Source of the DNA: Nitrospinaceae bacterium
Lineage (GTDB): Bacteria > Nitrospinota > Nitrospinia > Nitrospinales > Nitrospinaceae
Reading direction: 5' to 3'
Assembly (NCBI GenBank): GCA_965223665.1
Contig: OZ245011.1
Span: forward strand, 2,400,001 to 2,464,000
Length of the DNA stretch: 64,000 nucleotides
A program made the position numbers and the translations under genes. Positions 56,652 to 64,000 of this stretch are shown piece after piece; the stretch's first letter is position 1, and each line of letters opens with the position of its first letter. The notes below the pieces were generated by a model that ran no database searches, was not told the origin of the DNA, and was given only the letters and a program-made list of their open reading frames with translations.

Positions 56652-57311
56652 ATGCAAAGATTTCCTTTATTTGTCTCAATTTTAATTTGCTTCTTAATTA
56701 TTTCTAAAACTGGGTTTTCAGAAAATAATGGGGTCTTGCAGGAAGCTTTGACATTAGATCGCCAGGGATTTATTGAGGAGTCAATCCAAGCATGGAAAAA
56801 GGTACTTGACTCTAAACCAGAAAAAAAAATACACATCTATGCTCAAATTAAATTGTGCATCGCTTATTCCAAATCTTCCATGTTTGGAGACGCTTTAAAA
56901 GAAGCAAAAAACTTAGCTGAAAAATTTCCTAATCAATTCAATGTAGCGTTTAACCTTGGAAATATGTACAGCGCAACCCACCAATATCAACAAGCAATAG
57001 AAGCTTATAAAAAAGTTGTAGAACTACAGCCTAACGAAGGATTAGGTTATGTAGGGTTGGGACTTAGTCTCTTTGGAAATCAAATTGTGGAAGAATCTTT
57101 AGAAACTTTACGTAAAGTTAGGAAGCTCTTTAAAACCCAAAAGAATATTTCCTGGTACCAAAATGTTCGAATTATGATTGGGCAAATTAAAGGATTTGCC
57201 CCCTACCCACCCGATTTTTCGAATTTATGGTTGGCCAACAATCTCCGTGAAATTAGAACCACTTACGAACAAACTATTTTTCGCAACTTTGAAAAACAAC
57301 TAAATCTCTAA
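56652..57311 (+). CDS. Secreted TPR protein
   Basis: Signal peptide. FNLGNMY....YQQAIEAYKKVVELQP TPR. Confidence 0.85.
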   Translation: MQRFPLFVSILICFLIISKTGFSENNGVLQEALTLDRQGFIEESIQAWKKVLDSKPEKKIHIYAQIKLCIAYSKSSMFGDALKEAKNLAEKFPNQFNVAFNLGNMYSATHQYQQAIEAYKKVVELQPNEGLGYVGLGLSLFGNQIVEESLETLRKVRKLFKTQKNISWYQNVRIMIGQIKGFAPYPPDFSNLWLANNLREIRTTYEQTIFRNFEKQLNL

Positions 57312-57550
57312 TCCAATTTCAAATACCTTTTTCAACTTTAATTAATTTAATTGGGAATTGCCACCATTTTTAAATTTTAAAGACGCTTTTCTAATAAACT
57401 TTTTTCTTAAAAAATATTTAAAGTATCTTAAGACTCCTCAAATCAAAGCTTTTTTATTTTATTTTGTTTTAAACTATCAGGTAAGTAAAGAATCGTATCA
57501 ACACACCCGAACATCTAAATATACAGAAATCTTTGTGGAGGTTAAATAAA

Positions 57551-58360
57551 ATGAATCAAAGCTTCCTCATGTGCCCACCAAAATATTTTGGTGTTCGTTA
57601 TGTAATTAATCCCTGGATGGAAGGTCATTTAGGACAGGTAGATATTAATTTAGCCCAAAATCAATGGGAAGAGTTTTATCAATCTTTAACTCAAAAAGCT
57701 AACGTAAAATTAATAGAACCTAAAACACATGTTCCTGATATGGCATTTACTGCGAATGCCGGGTTAATAATTAAAGACCAATTTGTCCTAAGTCGTTTCA
57801 AGCACCAGGAAAGACGGCGGGAAGAATCTTATTTTGAAAACTGGTTTCAATCCAGATTCCCAAATTTAATCCATATGCCAAAAAATATCTCCTTTGAAGG
57901 AGCTGGTGACGCCCTTTGGCAACCCGGAGAAAATTTACTTTGGATGGCACATGGATTTCGCACAGATATAGAATCTCATAACTTCATATCAAACCAATTC
58001 AACATTAAAATTATTTCTCTAAAATTGATCAACCCTTCCTACTATCACTTAGACACCTGTTTTTGCCCCCTTTTGGACCAACAAATAATGTATTACCCGG
58101 CAGCCTTCGATACAGATTCCCTTAAGTTAATTGAGGGTTATTTCCCTATCGAAAATAGGATTGTTGTTTCCCCCAAAGATGCAGTAAATTTTGCTTGTAA
58201 CGCCGTTTTGGTGGGCAGAGAATTATATCTTAATTTTGCTACCCAAGAATTACAAATGGATCTGAAGTCCAGGGGCTATATCCCAATTGTTCAACCGGTT
58301 GATGAGTTCTTGAAAGCTGGCGGTGGTAACAAATGCCTTACTTTAGGCCTTAATGACTAA
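57551..58360 (+). CDS. Pentein / guanidino-group hydrolase (ArgZ N-terminal domain / CtlX-like)
   Basis: GGAGG SD favours ATG 57551. LMCPP.YF.V.YVINPWM, PDM.FTANAG, FEGAGD, YHLDTCFCPL, FACNA, GGG.KCL. Confidence 0.88.
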   Translation: MNQSFLMCPPKYFGVRYVINPWMEGHLGQVDINLAQNQWEEFYQSLTQKANVKLIEPKTHVPDMAFTANAGLIIKDQFVLSRFKHQERRREESYFENWFQSRFPNLIHMPKNISFEGAGDALWQPGENLLWMAHGFRTDIESHNFISNQFNIKIISLKLINPSYYHLDTCFCPLLDQQIMYYPAAFDTDSLKLIEGYFPIENRIVVSPKDAVNFACNAVLVGRELYLNFATQELQMDLKSRGYIPIVQPVDEFLKAGGGNKCLTLGLND

Positions 58361-58468
58361 TCATTTACATTTTGTTAAATTAATTAATATTCCTTATACT
58401 TCCATTTTCGTTTCAATGTTGTAGAATGTAGGTTTTTCCAAACTTTACCCTTTTTGAGTATTAGGTTG

Positions 58469-59383
58469 ATGAAAAAGGACTTTCTAACATTAATGGATTT
58501 TTCAACAGACGAATTGAGCCAAATAATTGGTCTGGCTGAAAACATAAAAAAGTCTCCCCAAGATTACGCTTCTGTTCTTCGTGGAAAATCTTTGGGGATG
58601 ATTTTTGCTAAAAAATCAACTCGTACTCGTATTTCTTTTGAGGTTGGCATTCACCAATTAGGTGGGCAAGCCATTTTTTTAGGCCCTGACGACTTACAGC
58701 TTTCCCGTGGAGAGTCAATTGAAGACACAGCAAAAGTTTTGTCCCGATATTTGCATGGGATAATGATTCGTACTTATTCCCATCAAAATGTTTTGGATTT
58801 AGCAAAATATGCCTCAATTCCTGTGATCAATGGCTTAACCGATTACAATCATCCTTGCCAAGCTCTATCGGATCTCTTCACAATAAAAGAAAAACTGGGT
58901 AATTTAGAGGGTCTGAAATTGGCTTATTTAGGAGATGGAAACAATGTAGCCGTTTCATTATTATTTGCGTGCATCAAGTTTGGGTTAGACGTTTCAATAA
59001 TTAGCCCAAAAGGTTACACCATTAATAAAGAGGTAATCAGTCTGATTACTAATACAGACCATAAGAAAAAATCGAATGTGCTCATTACTGATAACATTGC
59101 CGAAGGGATAAAAAATGCCCATATTGTCTATACTGATGTTTGGGCAAGCATGGGTCAAGAGGAAGAACACTCCAAACGGGTAAAAGATTTGGCTAAATAT
59201 TCTGTAACCGATGATATTATGAAGCAGGCTGATTCAGAAGCTATTTTTATGCATTGTTTGCCAGCCCATCGAGGAGAAGAAGTCAGCGCATCTGTGATTG
59301 ACGGAAAATCTTCCATTGTTTTTGATCAGGCAGAAAACCGACTGCATCTTCAAAAAAGTATTATGGCAACTTTAATAAATTAA
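58469..59383 (+). CDS. argF: Ornithine carbamoyltransferase
   Basis: STRTR, HPCQ, GDGNN, DVWASMGQE, HCLPAHRG, QAENR. ATG 58469 preferred over TTG 58454. Confidence 0.96.
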   Translation: MKKDFLTLMDFSTDELSQIIGLAENIKKSPQDYASVLRGKSLGMIFAKKSTRTRISFEVGIHQLGGQAIFLGPDDLQLSRGESIEDTAKVLSRYLHGIMIRTYSHQNVLDLAKYASIPVINGLTDYNHPCQALSDLFTIKEKLGNLEGLKLAYLGDGNNVAVSLLFACIKFGLDVSIISPKGYTINKEVISLITNTDHKKKSNVLITDNIAEGIKNAHIVYTDVWASMGQEEEHSKRVKDLAKYSVTDDIMKQADSEAIFMHCLPAHRGEEVSASVIDGKSSIVFDQAENRLHLQKSIMATLIN

Positions 59384-59510
59384 TAAGAATTTGATTAACT
59401 TAACTCTTATTAGATAGGGATTGATTTTAAAGGCTCGACTTAATTGCAGAATTCAAATTTTTGAGGCTGGATTTAGTTGAGAATATTTTAATATACATAT
59501 AGGAGAAATA

Positions 59511-60116
59511 ATGAGCTTAGTAGATCCTTCCAATTTGGTGTGGATGGACTTAGAAATGACCGGTCTTAACCCGGAAATCGAAGTTATAATTGAAATTGCA
59601 ACCATTGTTACTGATAAAGAATTAAATATTCTGGAAGAAGGACCCACTTTAGTAATTCATCAAAAAAATGAAATTTTAGACCGTATGGACGAGTGGAATC
59701 AAAAAACTCATACGGCATCTGGTCTAGTAGATAGAGTTAGACAATCGAAGATCACCGCTGCACAAGCGGAAACCATGACTTTAGATTTTATAAAAAAATA
59801 TGTTCCTCACAATACTTCTCCACTTTGCGGAAATTCTGTAGGTCAAGACCGAAAATTTTTGGATAAGTATATGAAAGAAATTTCAGATTTTTTACATTAC
59901 CGAAATGTTGATGTGACTTCTATTAAAGAACTGATTAAAAGATGGTATCCAAATGGCCCTAAGCCTCCTAAAAAAAGTGATGCCCATTTGGCACTTATCG
60001 ATATAAGAGAATCCATTGAAGAATTAGTTTTTTATAGACAACATTATTTTCATAATGGTATGGCAATGGTCGGTAAAGATGAAACTCTAGAAAAACAGGG
60101 AACAGAAGATGAGTAA
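59511..60116 (+). CDS. orn: Oligoribonuclease
   Basis: LVWMDLEMTGL, H..SGL, CGNSVGQDR.FL, HYRNVDV.SIKEL, H.AL.DI.ESI.EL..YR. Confidence 0.96.
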   Translation: MSLVDPSNLVWMDLEMTGLNPEIEVIIEIATIVTDKELNILEEGPTLVIHQKNEILDRMDEWNQKTHTASGLVDRVRQSKITAAQAETMTLDFIKKYVPHNTSPLCGNSVGQDRKFLDKYMKEISDFLHYRNVDVTSIKELIKRWYPNGPKPPKKSDAHLALIDIRESIEELVFYRQHYFHNGMAMVGKDETLEKQGTEDE

Positions 60117-60378
60117 AGGAACAATTTTGAGTGTTGTTTTTTTTGCAGTGATCGCCTATCTTTCCATCTCGATGATTTGGACAGGAAGTAAATACGAATG
60201 CGAGGTTTGTATTAATTACAACGGATTTGATGTATGCCAAACAGTTGAGGGGATGGAAAAACAAGGAACCATTGAAAACGGAATAAGTACCGCCTGCGCA
60301 GGAGCGGCTAATGGAAGAACCGAATCCATGGAATGTGGTGCCACCCCTCCAACTAAAGTGATGTGTAAAGAACTATGA
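60109..60378 (+). CDS. Small membrane-anchored 6-Cys protein
   Basis: Overlaps the orn stop by 8 nt. N-terminal TM, then CEVC...C...C...C...C. Confidence 0.75.
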   Translation: MSKGTILSVVFFAVIAYLSISMIWTGSKYECEVCINYNGFDVCQTVEGMEKQGTIENGISTACAGAANGRTESMECGATPPTKVMCKEL

Positions 60379-60389
60379 TTTAATCCGGT

Positions 60390-61103
60390 CTATGAAACCT
60401 CTCCACAAATCATGTGGTAAACTTCTTGATACTTTTCTTCTACATTTCCTAAATCAAACCGAAATCGGTCCTTATCCATTTTTTCATTAGTGTCCCAATG
60501 CCATAACCGACAACCATCCGGGCTGATTTCATCACCCAGTAAAATTTCTCCCTTGTAACGACCAAACTCTAATTTGAAATCTACAAGTCGAATTTTCCTT
60601 TCTTTTAAATAATTCCATAATAATTCGTTTATCTTAAACCCCCATTTTGTCAAAATGGCTATCTCTTGCTCATTGGCTAATCCAAACTCTAAAATGTGAT
60701 AATTGTTTATCATGGGATCACCAAGATCATCGTTTTTGTAATAGAATTCGAGAATGGGTTCATTCAATTCTTTACCTTCGGGCAACCCCATACGTTTAGC
60801 CAGGCTCCCTGCAACCACATTACGAAGCACCACTTCTACCAATATTATATCCAGCTTTTTCACTAACACTTCGCGGTCATTTAATGCTTCTACCATATGC
60901 GTTTTTACGCCCTGCCCTTCCAAATATTTATAAAGTGTTGTGGACACATGGTTGTTGACTACTCCCTTATCGACGACAGTCCCCTTTTTGATCCCATTAA
61001 AAGCACTGGCATCATCTTTGAAATACTGAATCACCAAATCCGGATTTTCAGTGGAATAAAGAATCTTTGATTTGCCTTCGTATAACTTTTCTAATCTTTT
61101 CAT
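60390..61103 (-). CDS. purC: SAICAR synthase
   Basis: LYEGK.K, FKDDASAFNG, EVVLRN..AGS, LVDFKLEFG, DEISPD.CRLW, DKDRFR. Confidence 0.97.
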   Translation of the reverse strand: MKRLEKLYEGKSKILYSTENPDLVIQYFKDDASAFNGIKKGTVVDKGVVNNHVSTTLYKYLEGQGVKTHMVEALNDREVLVKKLDIILVEVVLRNVVAGSLAKRMGLPEGKELNEPILEFYYKNDDLGDPMINNYHILEFGLANEQEIAILTKWGFKINELLWNYLKERKIRLVDFKLEFGRYKGEILLGDEISPDGCRLWHWDTNEKMDKDRFRFDLGNVEEKYQEVYHMICGEVS

Positions 61104-61114
61104 AAATATAGGTA

Positions 61115-62404
61115 CTAAAAAATTCGATCAAATATATTATCTACATTTTTAAGATGATTTTTTAAACTAAACGCTTTATCAATTTCTTTAGGGCTTAAAT
61201 GTTTTTTTATTTCTTTATCTTTTTTCAATAAAGAAATAAAATTACCACCCTTTTCCCATACCCTCATCGCATTTCGTTGAACCATTCGGTAAGCAACATC
61301 CCGGGTAATCCCTTTTTGAGTTAACGCCAAAAGAATATGTTCAGAAAAAATTAATCCCCCTGTTTTTTCTAAATTCTTTTTCATATTATCGGGATATACC
61401 AAGAGATTTTTCACCAAAGAAACCATCTTGGTCAACATATAGTGGATTAAAATAGTACTATCGGGTCCAATCACCCGCTCTACCGAGGAATGACTGATAT
61501 CTCTCTCATGCCAAAGTGGCATATTTTCTAATGCGGCAAGTGCATTCCCACGAATCAGCCTTGATAACCCCGACATCTGTTCTGAAACAACTGGATTCCT
61601 TTTATGAGGCATCGCAGATGATCCTTTTTGTCCTTTTGAAAAAAATTCTTCCGCTTCAAGGACTTCCGTGCGCTGCAAATGTCTTATTTCAGTAGCTATT
61701 TTATCTATGGTCCCAGCTAAAACTGCTAACGTGGTAAAAAATTCAGCGTGACGATCCCTTTGAATTACTTGACTAGAAACTGAAGCTGGTTTGAGTTTTA
61801 GCTTTTTACAAACATGAATTTCAACCTCAAGATCAAGGCTTGCAAAAACTCCAACGGCACCTGAAATTTGGCCGAAAGCAATATTGGTTCTTGCCCGTTT
61901 TACTCGTTCGAGATTCCGCCGCATTTCTTCATGCCAGTTGGCCAATTTTAGCCCAAAGGTTGTTGGTTCTGCATGAATTCCATGCGATCGCCCTACTACT
62001 GGAGTGTATTTAAATTCCAAGGCTCGGTTTTTAAGAACAGCCAGAAATTCTTTTATTTTTTTTATTATAAGATCCGCCGCGTCCCTCAATTGAACTGCCA
62101 GTGCAGTATCCAAAACATCAGAAGACGTCATTCCTAAATGCATAAAACGAGCAGAATCTCCCACATGTTCAGCAACTGAAGTGAGAAAAGCAATCACATC
62201 ATGTTTCACTTCTTTTTCAATTTCATTAATGCGGTCAATATCAAATCCACCCCTTTTTTTCATTTCTGCAACAGCAGATTTGGGTATTTTTCCTGAATCT
62301 GCCATAGCTTCACAGGCCGAAATCTCTATGGCAAGCCAAATACGGAATTTGTTTTCGGGTGTCCAAATGGCCGCCATTTCTGGAAGTGTATATCTCTCAA
62401 TCAA
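61115..62404 (-). CDS. purB: Adenylosuccinate lyase
   Basis: MIERY, HDVIAF, GRSHGIHAEPTTFG, GSSAMPHKRNP, WHERDISHSS.ER. TTG start with AAGGA SD. Confidence 0.97.
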   Translation of the reverse strand: MIERYTLPEMAAIWTPENKFRIWLAIEISACEAMADSGKIPKSAVAEMKKRGGFDIDRINEIEKEVKHDVIAFLTSVAEHVGDSARFMHLGMTSSDVLDTALAVQLRDAADLIIKKIKEFLAVLKNRALEFKYTPVVGRSHGIHAEPTTFGLKLANWHEEMRRNLERVKRARTNIAFGQISGAVGVFASLDLEVEIHVCKKLKLKPASVSSQVIQRDRHAEFFTTLAVLAGTIDKIATEIRHLQRTEVLEAEEFFSKGQKGSSAMPHKRNPVVSEQMSGLSRLIRGNALAALENMPLWHERDISHSSVERVIGPDSTILIHYMLTKMVSLVKNLLVYPDNMKKNLEKTGGLIFSEHILLALTQKGITRDVAYRMVQRNAMRVWEKGGNFISLLKKDKEIKKHLSPKEIDKAFSLKNHLKNVDNIFDRIF

Positions 62405-62599
62405 TATAATTTCCTTTCAAAAAAGTGGTGAAAATGTGGGTTGCCGGAGATGTCGCAGTATTTTAAAATAAGAACAAGCATACAGGATCGCCTGTTCAAA
62501 ATAAAAGCGTTTCTTGAGCCCTTCTTTTAGTAATGCTCTTAGTTTTATTACCTACGTAATTGGGCCATCTTAAACTTTCTTTACTTTCAAATCAATCAT

Positions 62600-63091
62600 A
62601 TGACTTCGAAAAATTTATTTGGAATCTGCTTTGTTTGTTTAGGAAATATCTGTCGATCTCCTCTTGCCGAGGGAGTTTTCCAGTCTTTAGTCGTTGAACA
62701 GCAACTCTCAGAAAAAATCATTATTGAATCCGCCGGAACTGGGCATTGGCATGTAGGTGCCCCTCCAGACTCCAGAATGCAGGCCACCGCTCGACAAAAC
62801 GGTATTCAGCTTCAATCTCGGGCACAACAATTTCAACCTGAGGATTTTAATCGGTTTGATCTCATTCTTGCCATGGACCAACAAAACTATGAATCATTAA
62901 TGTTTATGTGCTCCACAGAGGTGGCAAGTGGGAAGTTGAAATTATTTCGTTCCTTTGACCCTTTTGCAAAGGGCGATGAAGATGTTCCCGACCCTTATTA
63001 TGGGGGAAATTCAGGTTTTGAAAATGTTTTCCAAATCGTTCATCGAACTTGCCCCAATATTCTTGATTTTGTTAAATCACAATTAGGCTGA
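62600..63091 (+). CDS. Low molecular weight protein-tyrosine phosphatase
   Basis: VCLGNICRSP, SAGT, LAMD, VPDPYYG. Confidence 0.95.
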   Translation: MTSKNLFGICFVCLGNICRSPLAEGVFQSLVVEQQLSEKIIIESAGTGHWHVGAPPDSRMQATARQNGIQLQSRAQQFQPEDFNRFDLILAMDQQNYESLMFMCSTEVASGKLKLFRSFDPFAKGDEDVPDPYYGGNSGFENVFQIVHRTCPNILDFVKSQLG

Positions 63092-63094
63092 TTT

Positions 63095-63973
63095 ATGCAA
63101 GAGGAAGTCCAATCCGTTCTAGAGGAAGCTTATTCCCCGTCTATTACGATTTCTTCTTCACAAAGCATCGGTGGAGGTTGCATAAACGAAACCTTAAGCA
63201 TGAATTTATCCAATGGAGAAAAGGTTTTTGTAAAATTCAACCCTCAACCACCTCCCAATTTTTTTTTCAATGAAGCTCAGGGACTAAAAATTTTAGCTTC
63301 TGCCAAGGAAGGTCCTCGTATTCCAAAGGTGATTGCTCTCCCAAAGTCTTCTAATCCTAAATTCTTAATTCTTGAGTTTATTGAGCAAGGAGCAACAGGG
63401 AAAAACTATTATTTTGAATTCGCCAGGTCATTGGCGAACATGCATAAAACCACTCAAGACTTATTTGGACTCAACCATAACAACTATATTGGATCAACCC
63501 CGCAAATTAATACAGAAAATAAAAACTCTCTCAATTTTTTTAGAGAACAGCGTTTACAGTTTCAACAAACTTTGGCCAGAAAAAACAATCGCCTTCCAAA
63601 GGATATTGACCAAAAAATAGATAAACTTTGTGAAAAACTGGAAAATTTTCTGGATCTGACGGGTGAAAAACCTGCTTTAGTACACGGAGACTTATGGTCT
63701 GGCAATCATTTTTCAGATAAAAATGGAACTCCATGCTTATTCGATCCTGCTGTTTATTTTGGACTTAGGGAAACAGATTTAGCCATGACCGAGCTATTTG
63801 GAAAAATGCCCCAAGCCTTTTACCAGTCCTACCATGATTATTTTCCCCTTAACCCAGGTTATGAAAAAAGAAAGCAAATCTATAATCTTTACCACCTACT
63901 AAATCATGTTAATCTGTTCGGAGGATCGTATTTATCATCTGTGGAATCCACCCTAAATTATTTTGTCGGTTAA
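63095..63973 (+). CDS. Fructosamine kinase family protein
   Basis: GGGCIN, FVK, E..GL, LVHGDLWSGN, DPA, E.DLAM..LFG, YNLYH.LNH..LFG. Confidence 0.93.
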   Translation: MQEEVQSVLEEAYSPSITISSSQSIGGGCINETLSMNLSNGEKVFVKFNPQPPPNFFFNEAQGLKILASAKEGPRIPKVIALPKSSNPKFLILEFIEQGATGKNYYFEFARSLANMHKTTQDLFGLNHNNYIGSTPQINTENKNSLNFFREQRLQFQQTLARKNNRLPKDIDQKIDKLCEKLENFLDLTGEKPALVHGDLWSGNHFSDKNGTPCLFDPAVYFGLRETDLAMTELFGKMPQAFYQSYHDYFPLNPGYEKRKQIYNLYHLLNHVNLFGGSYLSSVESTLNYFVG

Positions 63974-64000
63974 AATTCAAGGAGAGCTTCATGCTGACCA

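Noticed and set aside
57358-57549. 63-aa ORF upstream of the guanidino hydrolase
   Set aside because: TTG start without SD, and F/L/K composition expected from AT-rich intergenic DNA.
57551-59383. Classical arginine deiminase (arc) operon
   Set aside because: The hydrolase is ~270 aa (ArcA is ~410) and arcC/arcD are absent from the locus.
62405-62599. Riboswitch upstream of purB
   Set aside because: Only a short ACAGG/CCTGT hairpin. No aptamer consensus or terminator.

Overview
Bacterial chromosomal core-genome window, AT-rich and very densely coded. I see no prophage, transposase, CRISPR array, rRNA or tRNA. It holds about 55 CDS: housekeeping (valS, pepF, dnaN, nadK, orn), purine biosynthesis in three blocks (purS-purQ-purL-purF, purH, purB-purC), cell-wall genes (dacB, mpl, mtgA, pgeF, amidase, M23 and M48 peptidases), an HpnN-like MMPL transporter, an ECF sigma/zinc anti-sigma pair, a PAS/GAF histidine kinase and three radical-SAM-fold proteins. 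Gene content suggests a diderm of deltaproteobacteria-like affinity, plausibly Nitrospinota; this is inference and cannot be verified here. The supplied ORF track needs corrections: 11977..13038 and 51404..52507 (dnaN) are on the MINUS strand, purQ is cut by a 1-nt frameshift just before its catalytic HPE motif, and a 59-aa ORF upstream of purH is missing. Most interesting signals: (1) a 66-aa KKKA[VT]-repeat histone-H1-like gene whose 5' and 3' UTRs are complementary over ~40 nt, including the Shine-Dalgarno, with a competing internal terminator-like hairpin, suggesting an RNA fold-back switch on a nucleoid-condensing protein; (2) a GlnD paralog with a degenerate uridylyltransferase site but intact HD domain, upstream of an ArgZ-like guanidino hydrolase and argF; (3) a RomR/PopZ-like receiver + acidic linker protein upstream of valS; (4) an orphan dnaN convergent with an SplB-like radical SAM gene.
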